Positions 26,692-35,581 of a stretch of 64,000 bases of DNA are shown in pieces. This DNA is from an uncultured bacterium (GTDB lineage: Bacteria; Omnitrophota; Gorgyraeia; Ghiorseimicrobiales; Ghiorseimicrobiaceae), in assembly GCA_913009335.1 (NCBI GenBank), contig CAJVXN010000001.1:2844-66843 (forward strand), read 5' to 3'. Both the position numbers and the translations under genes were made by a program. The number at the start of each line of letters is the position of its first letter. Within the stretch, counting starts at the first letter, position 1. The notes beneath the pieces were generated by a model that was not told the DNA's origin, made no database searches, and worked only from the letters and a program-made list of their open reading frames with translations.

Positions 26692-28500
26692 TTTTGAATA
26701 CGCAGCTCCTATCTTACAGACTTTTACACAGATACCGCATTTAGTACATTTATTTAAATCTATTTCGTGCGGTTTTTTTACCATACCGGAAATTGCATCA
26801 GCAGGACATTCACGCCCACAAAGCGTACACCCCGTGCATTTATCAGCATTAATATAATACCTTACTAACGGTTTACATACCCCCGCGGGACACTTTTTAT
26901 GTTTTATATGATCCAGAAATTCATCGCGGAAATGCCGCAGAGTGCTTAATACCGGATTTGGCAGAGTTTGGCCCAGACCACACATTGAAGCATCTTTTAT
27001 CGCAATACAAAGCTCCTCTAAATAATCTAAATCTGACTCCTCTCCCTCTCCGTTAGATATTTTATCAAGAATTTCAATAAGTGTTATTGAACCTTCCCGG
27101 CAAGTAGAACACTTCCCGCAAGATTCATCACTTGTAAATGTGAGAAAAAACTTTGCGATATCAACAATACAGGTATCCTCATCCATTACCACCATTCCAC
27201 CTGAACCCATTATAGCTCCCACTTCCTTAAGACGTTCATAATCTACGGGAAGATGGAGAAGACGCGCGGGAATAAACCCTCCGGATGGACCTCCGGTCTG
27301 AACCGCTTTAAGCTTTTTATTATTAGGTATACCAGCGCCAATATCATAAACTATCTCGCGTAAGGTTATCCCCATGGGGACCTCAACTAATCCGGCATTA
27401 TTTACATTGCCGGCAAGAGAGAAAACTTTTGTCCCACGGCTTGTCTCTGTGCCTATCTGAGAAAACCACTTAGCCCCCCAACTTATTATCATGGGAACAT
27501 TGGCCCAGGTCTCTACATTATTAATATTAGTAGGGGCTCCCCAGAGACCGGATTGCGCAGGAAATGGAGGTTTCTGTGTTGGTTCAGGAACTATACCTTC
27601 CAAAGAATGAATCAAGGAAGTTTCTTCTCCGCAAACAAAGGCACCCGCACCCTCAAAAATTTCAATATCAAAACTAAAATCACTACCAAATATATTTTCT
27701 CCTAAGAGGCCATATTCCTTTGCAAGCTTTATCGCAGTCTTCATCCTGGCGATAGCTAATGGATACTCAATTCTTAAATATATATATCCATCCGTTGCCC
27801 CCATGGCATATCCACCTATGCACATACCCTCAATGATAGAATGCGGATCAGCTTCAACTATGCTCCTATCCATAAAAGCGCCTGGATCTCCCTCATCAGC
27901 ATTACATATAACATAACAACGAAGATTTTTGCTTTGTTTTCTTTTCTCTAATACCTGACTGCGGCATATATCCCATTTTTTACCTGTTGGAAATCCAGCA
28001 CCGCCTCTACCGCGCAGGCCCGCATCGGTAATTTCCTTTATTACGTCTTCAGGGCTCATACCGGTTAAAACTTTTGCCAGCGCTTTATAACCATCATTAG
28101 CGATATATTCATCAATGCTTTCGGGGTCTATTATACCGCGATTCCTTAAAGCAATAAGTCTCTGATCCTTAAAAAACGGAATATCACTTATTTTAGGAAT
28201 AGGGATATCTTTTCCTTCGGGCACATACATAAGCTCCTTTACCGGCCTACCCTTTAAGAAATGTTCCTGGACTAAATTGGGAATATCTTTCTCTTGTATA
28301 TATTGGTAGAAGATACCGTCAGGCTGGACTATAAGTATCGGCCCTTTAACACAAAGACCGCTTGCTCCAGTTTGTACAACTAAAACATCATTTTCAAGGC
28401 TCTGTTTTACGATTTCAGCCTCAAGGGCATTCTTTATTTTTAATGCACCATTAGATATACAATTGGTACATGTGCAAATCATTGCATGTAAACGCTGCAT
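26689..28500 (-). CDS. NuoF-like FMN/NADH-binding subunit of the HydB/HndC/BfuB type
   Basis: GRGGAGFPTG, NADEGDPGAFMDR, GEETSL, GGPSGG and ESCGKC..CREG motifs; N-terminal thioredoxin-like domain; H..KCPAGVC and C-terminal 2x[4Fe-4S]. Confidence 0.93.
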   Translation of the reverse strand: MQRLHAMICTCTNCISNGALKIKNALEAEIVKQSLENDVLVVQTGASGLCVKGPILIVQPDGIFYQYIQEKDIPNLVQEHFLKGRPVKELMYVPEGKDIPIPKISDIPFFKDQRLIALRNRGIIDPESIDEYIANDGYKALAKVLTGMSPEDVIKEITDAGLRGRGGAGFPTGKKWDICRSQVLEKRKQSKNLRCYVICNADEGDPGAFMDRSIVEADPHSIIEGMCIGGYAMGATDGYIYLRIEYPLAIARMKTAIKLAKEYGLLGENIFGSDFSFDIEIFEGAGAFVCGEETSLIHSLEGIVPEPTQKPPFPAQSGLWGAPTNINNVETWANVPMIISWGAKWFSQIGTETSRGTKVFSLAGNVNNAGLVEVPMGITLREIVYDIGAGIPNNKKLKAVQTGGPSGGFIPARLLHLPVDYERLKEVGAIMGSGGMVVMDEDTCIVDIAKFFLTFTSDESCGKCSTCREGSITLIEILDKISNGEGEESDLDYLEELCIAIKDASMCGLGQTLPNPVLSTLRHFRDEFLDHIKHKKCPAGVCKPLVRYYINADKCTGCTLCGRECPADAISGMVKKPHEIDLNKCTKCGICVKVCKIGAAYSK

Positions 28501-28511
28501 AACTTATATCC

Positions 28512-28651
28512 TCTAATGACGACACAAGTTATAAAGCTATAAACTATATAACTTGTACGTCGGAATTAGACCCTTGACATCTTTGATGTCAAGGGTAAGT
28601 TCGGACAGACACCTTACGTCATTAACATTCCGTAAGCTGTGCCCTCACTTA
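28512..28651. repeat. Three-part palindromic element: + strand G-A arm, central hairpin, - strand G-A arm
   Basis: The central acccttgacatctttgatgtcaagggt (28570-28596) is identical to 29101-29127 and is flanked by oppositely oriented TGA...GAA hairpins. Confidence 0.9.
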
Positions 28652-29032
28652 CAGCACTCTCTCGCTGCCGACTGCCAAGGCGTATTCTTTAACAATATTT
28701 CCGCCAATTACGTGTTTTTCTAAAATTTCTTTAGCCTTATCAGGCGTTAAATCTACGTATTTAACCGGCGGTTCATTCTTCATTTCAACTGTTACCATAG
28801 GTTCACGACTGCAAAACCCCGCACAGCTGGACAATGTTAAAATCACATCTTTTAAATCGCGCTTTTCAATTTCTTCCATAAGGGCGGTCATAACAGTTCT
28901 AGCACCTGCGGCAATTCCACATGTACCCATATGCACAATCACTCTTGCGCGAGACTCTCCCTCGCGCAGATTTATTGTTTTCTTCATCTTCGCAGCTATC
29001 CTATCTAAATCTTCCGGTTTTAATTTTGGCAT
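28649..29032 (-). CDS. Thioredoxin-like (2Fe-2S) ferredoxin, HndB/HydD-like
   Basis: VHMGTCGIAAGAR and SSCAGFCSREP motifs; ATG at 29032 with a GAAGGAG SD. Confidence 0.87.
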   Translation of the reverse strand: MPKLKPEDLDRIAAKMKKTINLREGESRARVIVHMGTCGIAAGARTVMTALMEEIEKRDLKDVILTLSSCAGFCSREPMVTVEMKNEPPVKYVDLTPDKAKEILEKHVIGGNIVKEYALAVGSERVL

Positions 29033-29042
29033 AATTAACTCC

Positions 29043-29183
29043 TTCAATGACGACAAAGGTTATGGAGTTAAAAACGACATAACTTTTGCGTCGGAATTGA
29101 ACCCTTGACATCTTTGATGTCAAGGGTAGATTCAGCCAGCAAGCTTACGAAGCGAAATCGTTCGTAAGCTTGGGCTTCATTTA
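29043..29183. repeat. Second three-part palindromic element
   Basis: Same layout as 28512-28651, with different arm sequences but conserved pairing. Confidence 0.9.
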
Positions 29184-30130
29184 TACTTCTTTAAAACGTC
29201 ATCTACCTTGCTTATTTTCACATATCCATAAATATCATCATTAACAGATACTGCCGGTGATTGACCACAACAACCAATACAGTTAACCGTATCAAGGCTA
29301 AAGTTCAAATCTTTTGTCGTCTCACCGACTTTTATACCTAATTTATTCTCTAAAGAATGTAATATTTTATTTCCGCCTTTAACATAACAAGATGTCCCCA
29401 TGCAAACCCTAATAATATTTTTGCCTCTTGGCTTAAGGCTAAAAGCATTATAAAAAGTAGAAACGCGAAATACATGCGTAAACGGAAGTTCCATAAGCTG
29501 CGATACATACCAAAGGACATTTTCAGGAAAATAACCATAGGTACGATCAATTTCCTGTAAAATAAAAATAAGAGCTCCCTTGGTATTCCTGTAAGCATCA
29601 ACCATCTCTTCAACTCTGGACTTTTCTGACTTATCAAGTTTGGTCACAAATCGCTCATCATCTTCTGCTTCTTTCTTTAAATCAGTTATATTAAATATCC
29701 ATCTTAGTTTAGGATCATAGCTACGGTTCTTTACTATATTTCTAATAGTAGTTAAATAATCCGGGATGTATATATTGATATCATTTTTTACCTTAACCTG
29801 ACAAGCAAGACGCATATTATCATGTTTTTCCTCGCGGCTCATAAATATTTCCTCGGTAGGAAGTATTTCACCGCCGCCGTTTAATACTTTTATCTTGCAA
29901 TACCCACAAGTTGCTTTACCACCGCAAGAAGATGAAACATTTATATCATTCGCGGTAAGATCGGCAATTAAATAATTCCCGCCTTCAACAACAAACTCCT
30001 TCTCCTGGTCTTCCTGCTTAACGGTTATCTTACATTCACCATAATTAATAAGCACGCGGTCGGCGATGGTAAGCAAAACCGTTACCACGAGAAGAATCCC
30101 ATTCATTACTATTACAGGTAAAAAATTCAT
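29177..30130 (-). CDS. Fusion: NqrF N-terminus (TM anchor plus 2Fe-2S) and a NuoE/HndA-like 2Fe-2S domain
   Basis: TM helix, then VSSSCGGKATCGYC...GGGEILPTE...RLACQVKV (NqrF-like). No FAD/NAD domain; instead LQEI...GY.P...TFY..F..VCMGTSC...NCIGCCG (NuoE-like). Confidence 0.87.
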   Translation of the reverse strand: MNFLPVIVMNGILLVVTVLLTIADRVLINYGECKITVKQEDQEKEFVVEGGNYLIADLTANDINVSSSCGGKATCGYCKIKVLNGGGEILPTEEIFMSREEKHDNMRLACQVKVKNDINIYIPDYLTTIRNIVKNRSYDPKLRWIFNITDLKKEAEDDERFVTKLDKSEKSRVEEMVDAYRNTKGALIFILQEIDRTYGYFPENVLWYVSQLMELPFTHVFRVSTFYNAFSLKPRGKNIIRVCMGTSCYVKGGNKILHSLENKLGIKVGETTKDLNFSLDTVNCIGCCGQSPAVSVNDDIYGYVKISKVDDVLKKYK

Positions 30131-30154
30131 AATAAATAAACTTTGATAAGGAAA

Positions 30155-30742
30155 CTATTGAATCCTGACCATCCCTCCAAAACCTAAAAACGCTAAAGCA
30201 ATAATTCCCGCGATAATCATGATAATGCCCGGGCCGCGAAGCCCCTTAGGAATATCTGAAACTAATCTTAATTTTTCATTTATCGCTGCAACTATCAAGA
30301 TTGCCAGCATCCAGCCTACGGCTGAACCAAAAGCAAAAACAATAGTGGCTAAGTATGAATAGCTTCTTAGCACCATAAAAAGGGAGACTGCCAATACTGT
30401 ACAATTTACGGTTATCAGCGGAAGAAAAATCCCGAAAGAAGCCTGCAAAACGACAAAAAATTTCTCCATAATCATCTCAACCAGCTGAACGCTTGCGGCA
30501 ATAACAATGATAAAAACGATATAGTAAATAAGCTCACATCCTGCCGGAACAAGAATTAAATGATAAATAGGCCAGTTAATAGCTGCCGTAAGCGTTACTA
30601 CAAAAATTACGGCAATACCCATACCAAAAGCAGTCTTAAAACTTTTAGATAAAGCTATAAAAGGACACATGCCTAATAAATAGGTAAGCGCAATATTATG
30701 CGTAAAAACAGCAGCAATAAAAATAGTTAATAAATTACCCAT
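30155..30742 (-). CDS. nqrE: NqrE/RnfA membrane subunit
   Basis: LGMCPF and LPLITVNC motifs. Confidence 0.85.
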   Translation of the reverse strand: MGNLLTIFIAAVFTHNIALTYLLGMCPFIALSKSFKTAFGMGIAVIFVVTLTAAINWPIYHLILVPAGCELIYYIVFIIVIAASVQLVEMIMEKFFVVLQASFGIFLPLITVNCTVLAVSLFMVLRSYSYLATIVFAFGSAVGWMLAILIVAAINEKLRLVSDIPKGLRGPGIIMIIAGIIALAFLGFGGMVRIQ

Positions 30743-30744
30743 AA

Positions 30745-31374
30745 TTATTCCTTGGACTCAACTCCTGCGATAGTTCTTGTTATCCACAAATAAATACTCA
30801 ATACAAAAAATGCCCCCGGAGCCATAGCCATCATTACCCAATTTGTCCAACCATCAGGCATGACCCTAAAACCTAAAATAGTACCAAAGCCTAGCGACTC
30901 GCGCACAATAGCAATAATCACCAGTGTATACGAATAGCCCAATCCAACACCCAATCCATCCATCATAGAATGCGTTATTTTATTCTTACTGGCAAAAGCC
31001 TCGGCTCTTCCCATGATAATACAGTTGGTAATAATAAGCCCGACATAAGGACCGATAGCTTCACGTATTACAGGATAAAAAGCCTGCAGGAAACGGTCTA
31101 CAATAATTACAAAAGAAGCAATGGCTATCATGTAAGTTATAATACGCACACGAGCAGGTATAAAATTCCTTAAAGCGGAGATAGTAAGAGCCGTAAAGAT
31201 TAAAACAAAGGTAACGCCGGCACCCATAGCAATGGCATTTTCTACTTTATTTGTTACGGCTAAACCGGAACAAATACCTAAAAGCATACAAAAAACAGGA
31301 TTATCGCGCCAAAGGCCAATCATCATAACCTTAAACCCTTTCGCGCGTAGAAGTTTTTTTATGTTCTTTGCCAT
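30745..31374 (-). CDS. nqrD: NqrD/RnfE membrane subunit
   Basis: NP...LGICSGLAVT, GLIITNCIIMGRAE and APGAF motifs. Confidence 0.87.
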   Translation of the reverse strand: MAKNIKKLLRAKGFKVMMIGLWRDNPVFCMLLGICSGLAVTNKVENAIAMGAGVTFVLIFTALTISALRNFIPARVRIITYMIAIASFVIIVDRFLQAFYPVIREAIGPYVGLIITNCIIMGRAEAFASKNKITHSMMDGLGVGLGYSYTLVIIAIVRESLGFGTILGFRVMPDGWTNWVMMAMAPGAFFVLSIYLWITRTIAGVESKE

Positions 31375-31377
31375 ATT

Positions 31378-31950
31378 CTAGTTTTCCTTAATAAGTGCTA
31401 AATACTCTCCCACCTGATTATTTATTAATTCTTCAAATGCCTTACTCGTCATTGTAGCTCCTGTAATCGCATCCACTTCATTTTCTGCCTTTGCCTTACC
31501 ATGAGGCACAATTTTTAAAGCTGGGAATACTTTTTTACCCTGAAACTTAGCTAAGTATTCTTCTTCGCTAATCCTGCCCCCTAAACCGGGAGTCTCCTCC
31601 TGATGTATAATAGTTATCCCTTTAATACTTTCAAAATCCGGATTAAAAGCAATAATTCCTTTAATCGGACCCCATACACCCGAACCCTTAATTCCAAATG
31701 CAACCTCCCTTGAGAGAGATAGATAGAATTCCTTATTTTCTTTTTGTACTACTTCAATATTATCAGAGAATATATCCTCTAAGTTTTCCTTGGTGTAAGA
31801 AATATCAAAAACATCAAGTACGCTTCTCTTCTTCTTAAGCTCCTCATTCTTTTGGATGATGGGAGTCGTATAATGATTAATCGCAACAAGCAACGTAGTA
31901 AAGAAGCTTCCCAGAAGTACAACGAAAATGATAATTTTTAATACTTTCAT
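31378..31950 (-). CDS. nqrC: NqrC/RnfG FMN-binding subunit
   Basis: GSGVWGPI and ETPGLGG motifs; flavinylation motif DAITGATMTS. Confidence 0.85.
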   Translation of the reverse strand: MKVLKIIIFVVLLGSFFTTLLVAINHYTTPIIQKNEELKKKRSVLDVFDISYTKENLEDIFSDNIEVVQKENKEFYLSLSREVAFGIKGSGVWGPIKGIIAFNPDFESIKGITIIHQEETPGLGGRISEEEYLAKFQGKKVFPALKIVPHGKAKAENEVDAITGATMTSKAFEELINNQVGEYLALIKEN

Positions 31951-31955
31951 TTATA

Positions 31956-33053
31956 TTAGGTGGTTGGTTTTAATTTACCAGTTACCTTCTTAGGTTCTTT
32001 ATATTTTACTGCAAGCACAACATGATCAATTAAAGGCGCAAAAGCATTCATTAAAAGTATGCTGAACATAACCCCTTCAACATAACCGGAAAGCGCACGA
32101 ATTAAAACTGTTAATAATCCTAGCAATATCCCCCCTACCCATTTCCCTTCCTTGGTAAAAGGTGAAGTTACCGGATCAGTAGCCATAAACATCGCGCCAA
32201 AAAGAAGCCCGCCGGTTAAAAGCTGAAAACTTGGCGGTGCAAATTTTAGGGGTGCTAAATTATTGCCGATAAGTGAGAATATAGCTACCGAAGCTAAATA
32301 GGAAAAAGGTATGCGCCAATTAACTATACGTGTTATAATCAAAAATATTCCGCCGAGAATTATTCCCAACCTAAAGACTTCACCGATACATCCCCCGCTA
32401 AACCCAAACAGTAAATCACTAAATGATGCTAAGACATTCTCACTACGAAAAGCATTTAAAGGTGTCGCAGCTGTTATGGCATCCACGCCAAATTTACTAA
32501 ACCCCCCTAAACCCCCGATATAAGGCTTGGGCCAACCTACGGTCATTATCAAAGGAAAGCATATAGTTAAAAAAATCCTGCCGACAATCGCCGGGTTAAA
32601 TATGTTTTTACCTGTTCCGCCAAATACTTCTTTTCCAAAAAATACACCAAACATAACCCCAAGGGCTACAACCCATAAAGGAATAGACGGCGGAAGCAGT
32701 AACGGAAAAATTAATCCCGTAACCAAAAATCCTTCATGTATTTCTTTCTTTCGCGCAACCGCAAAAGCAACTTCTACCACACCGCCGGCTATATAAGAAA
32801 CAAGTATGACTAAGATCACACGCAGTCCCCAAAAATAAACCGCTGCAGCTACAGCAGGAAGAAGAGCAATAATCACAAAACTCATATAACGTTTTATATC
32901 AAGATAATCGGTTATGTGAGGAACCGTATTTAGCTCATCCGTGCCAAAAAGAGCTCCATCCAGAGCAGTTAATACCGGTTTAAATTTACTTAGAAATTTA
33001 TTCTTCTCTACTAGCTTAAAACTTATATCCAACGCCTTACGGACTATCTTCAT
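31956..33053 (-). CDS. nqrB: NqrB/RnfD membrane subunit with an NqrB-type N-terminal extension
   Basis: PHITD..DIKRYM, EGFLVT, KEVFGGTG.N.FNPA, DAITAATPL (FMN site) and FMATDPVT motifs. Confidence 0.88.
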   Translation of the reverse strand: MKIVRKALDISFKLVEKNKFLSKFKPVLTALDGALFGTDELNTVPHITDYLDIKRYMSFVIIALLPAVAAAVYFWGLRVILVILVSYIAGGVVEVAFAVARKKEIHEGFLVTGLIFPLLLPPSIPLWVVALGVMFGVFFGKEVFGGTGKNIFNPAIVGRIFLTICFPLIMTVGWPKPYIGGLGGFSKFGVDAITAATPLNAFRSENVLASFSDLLFGFSGGCIGEVFRLGIILGGIFLIITRIVNWRIPFSYLASVAIFSLIGNNLAPLKFAPPSFQLLTGGLLFGAMFMATDPVTSPFTKEGKWVGGILLGLLTVLIRALSGYVEGVMFSILLMNAFAPLIDHVVLAVKYKEPKKVTGKLKPTT

Positions 33054-34555
33054 AATTTAGTAGTTATTCCTTTGTATTCTTTAAGCCCTTTTAACTTAAA
33101 ATGCGGTAAAATGCTGCTCGACCGTTCGATTCCCTCCATGGCCAATTTTTTCTCGCCTTCTTTTATAAGTTCAAGAAGGGGAATTTTCGAAGGACACACA
33201 TAGCTGCATAAACCACATCCAATACAATTAAAAATCTTAAATCTTACTAAAGAATCATCGATTATATTATTTTTTACATACTTACCCAATAAATGCGGAA
33301 TTATCTGCACAGGGCAAACTTCTTCGCAATAATTACAGCTTATGCATGGCCTCAGTTCTCCGTGAATATTCGTATCCAGGGTCTTATCACAAAACGGAAA
33401 AACACTTGATGCAAACGTATTAGAATAAGCATCGCGCTTAACGCCCAAGCGAAGGAATGAGAAAAACTCTCTCTTATTATTCTCCGGCAAAGCAATAATC
33501 TTAGAAGTTGCCTTAGTTACAGGTAAAGATAAATCTGTAAGTTTATCACCCACAAGTGTATTTTCTAAAACAATTCGCGAACTTACATCAGTTCTTAAAT
33601 AAGATTTAAGAATATCCGCTATAGGCGTACCTATCCTCACCTTCAAATGCGGCGTATCATTAAACCCCGGTCCGCAGATGGCAATAGTACGCTCAATTAA
33701 AGGCTTCCCTTTTACTACTGCCTCATATACGGAAAGTATTGTCTGAGCGTTTAAAACAATTACCCCGAGATTAGCGGCATAATAGCCAAATGGAAACTTC
33801 TCACCCAAAACAGTCGCAACAAGCATCTCATCATACCCCTGAGGATACTTTGGCTCTAAAGAAATAATATTGATAAAGCCATATTGAGAAACAGCCTCAG
33901 ATAACTTTTCATTAATCTGCATATCAGTCTTACTTAAGGCAAGGTAAATATTAGCCTGAGGCATAAAAGCATGCAAAATCCGTAATCCTTCTATGTAATC
34001 TAAAACCCTTTTTTCGCCCAATAATAATTCTTGAGAAAGATTATAAACGTCAAATCCGATTGCAGGAACAATAATACTTCTAACATCTTTAGGGGTAATG
34101 ATTGAGCTTTTAAATTTTGTGGGAATTCCTGATTTATCTAAAGAAGTTACGCCAGCTAAATACAATATGCTTTCAATTTCCTCATTTTTTAGTTTCGCCC
34201 AATCAGAAGTAAACCCTTTAACTTTTTTACAATCATCTGCTTTATCTTTCCGGGTAGATATTCTTACTATTTGAGTTTCATGCCCCAAATAGTTTGAAAG
34301 CTTTATTTCTTTAACTACCCCAGATACAGATGCATGCACAGGGCTTGAGACATTTGAATCATCCCTTCCGATAATCTGTCCTGCGACTACAATATCACCT
34401 TCCTTTACCAAAGAAACAACACCCATCCCAAAACCTTGCTTTAAAGGAATAAGCACTTCATTAGGAATATCTTGCGTAGTCAGCATATCACGCGGACAAC
34501 CCTCAATTCGCCTGAAACGATACCCGCCCTTGAATGTATATTGTTTTTTCTTCAT
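33050..34555 (-). CDS. RnfC/NqrA-like subunit with two [4Fe-4S] motifs and degenerate FMN/NADH motifs
   Basis: PVHASVSG and KYPQG present; CISCNYCEEVCP and CIGCGLCSYVCP present; AGVTSLDKSGIPT replaces the RnfC G.GGAGFPT motif. Confidence 0.82.
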   Translation of the reverse strand: MKKKQYTFKGGYRFRRIEGCPRDMLTTQDIPNEVLIPLKQGFGMGVVSLVKEGDIVVAGQIIGRDDSNVSSPVHASVSGVVKEIKLSNYLGHETQIVRISTRKDKADDCKKVKGFTSDWAKLKNEEIESILYLAGVTSLDKSGIPTKFKSSIITPKDVRSIIVPAIGFDVYNLSQELLLGEKRVLDYIEGLRILHAFMPQANIYLALSKTDMQINEKLSEAVSQYGFINIISLEPKYPQGYDEMLVATVLGEKFPFGYYAANLGVIVLNAQTILSVYEAVVKGKPLIERTIAICGPGFNDTPHLKVRIGTPIADILKSYLRTDVSSRIVLENTLVGDKLTDLSLPVTKATSKIIALPENNKREFFSFLRLGVKRDAYSNTFASSVFPFCDKTLDTNIHGELRPCISCNYCEEVCPVQIIPHLLGKYVKNNIIDDSLVRFKIFNCIGCGLCSYVCPSKIPLLELIKEGEKKLAMEGIERSSSILPHFKLKGLKEYKGITTKL

Positions 34556-34613
34556 ATTATATGTTTAGCCCCGATAAACTTTAGCTACACAAACTACAAA
34601 ACCTAACAAGCGA

Positions 34614-34701
34614 TTGTACTGCGTTTCGCACAGCACCCCACTGTATTTACCCAATGGTTGCACTGCGCTTTACGCAGCACCCCACTGTATTTATCTAATG
34701 G
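34614..34701. repeat. Imperfect 44-bp tandem duplication upstream of the nqr-like operon
   Basis: ttg(t/c)actgcg...cagcaccccactgtattta...aatgg at 34614 and 34658. Confidence 0.85.
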
Positions 34702-34734
34702 TTGTTAAATAGCTCACAGTGAAATCAATCACGA
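34702..34734. promoter_or_regulatory. Two overlapping degenerate Rex operators
   Basis: TTGTTAAATAGCTCACAG (34702-34719) and CAGTGAAATCAATCACGA (34717-34734). Confidence 0.55.
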
Positions 34735-34747
34735 CCTTAGGAAAAAA

Positions 34748-35383
34748 TTAACTTTTTGATTTAGTTAAAAAATAGGCTAATCTCTCAAGCTCGATTGAAA
34801 GATCTATATTAAGCAGACCTACCGAAGGCGGAACCTGTGGTCTGATAGGAGCAAAATTAAGTATAGCTTTGACTCCGGATTTTATTAAAATATTTATTAC
34901 CTCCTGCGCGCCTTCACCGGGTGTGGCAACAATACCAATGGAAATATTACGTTCCTTTACAGTATTTCCTAATTCACTAATATCCTGTATCTTAATTCCT
35001 TCCAACGTCTTACCAACTCTACGCAAATCATTATCAAAGGCACAAATAATCTTAAATCCTTGTTTCTCAAATCCTTTATAAGAAAGCAAAGCTGTGCCTA
35101 AATTACCAACACCGGCTAAAACAACATCCCAATTTTTATCCGTACCAAGAATTGATAAAATAGCTTTTTTTAATGCCTCAACCTCATACCCCTTACCGGG
35201 TGTACCAAATTGGCCAAAATAGGTTAAATCACGTCTAACTTGAGCAGCCGTAAAGTTAGTTAATTTCGAAAGCTCATCAGAAGAAACATAATCTTTACCG
35301 CGCGATTCTACTAAAACCCGATAATACAACGAAAGTCTCGGAACTGCTGCTTGAGGAATTTTATTAATCATATAGAGACCCAT
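34748..35383 (-). CDS. rex: Redox-sensing transcriptional repressor Rex
   Basis: RLSLYYR, QVRRDL.YFG.FG.PGKGY, GVGNLG.AL and ILNFAP motifs. Confidence 0.96.
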   Translation of the reverse strand: MGLYMINKIPQAAVPRLSLYYRVLVESRGKDYVSSDELSKLTNFTAAQVRRDLTYFGQFGTPGKGYEVEALKKAILSILGTDKNWDVVLAGVGNLGTALLSYKGFEKQGFKIICAFDNDLRRVGKTLEGIKIQDISELGNTVKERNISIGIVATPGEGAQEVINILIKSGVKAILNFAPIRPQVPPSVGLLNIDLSIELERLAYFLTKSKS

Positions 35384-35429
35384 CCTTTAAAGGTATTAGG
35401 ACGGTCTATCCCTGTGGATAAGGAAATGT

Positions 35430-35447
35430 TAGTTAAATGTTTCACAA
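35430..35447. promoter_or_regulatory. Rex operator (autoregulation)
   Basis: Minus strand TTGTGAAACATTTAACTA, downstream of the rex promoter. Confidence 0.7.
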
Positions 35448-35463
35448 ATACTAATATGTTACT

Positions 35464-35491
35464 ACTATACTAAAATAATTTTGATTGTCAA
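35464..35491 (-). promoter_or_regulatory. sigma70 promoter of rex and the downstream operon
   Basis: TTGACA-16 nt-TATAGT. Confidence 0.7.
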
Positions 35492-35581
35492 GAAAAATCT
35501 GCTGGCTGGCGATTAAATTTTTACTTGATGCCGCAAATACTTTTGGGGCGCAAGAAAAAAATACCTTAATCGAAGCTGAAT

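Noticed and set aside
29127-29183. SECIS-like selenocysteine readthrough at the TGA stop of the NqrF-NuoE fusion
   Set aside because: The NuoE domain is complete at the stop, and readthrough adds only a short non-conserved tail. The same hairpin occurs elsewhere out of frame and on the non-coding strand.
35413-35421. Perfect DnaA box (TTATCCACA on the minus strand)
   Set aside because: It is a single box and part of the 35-bp repeat, whose other copy lacks the consensus. There is no origin context.
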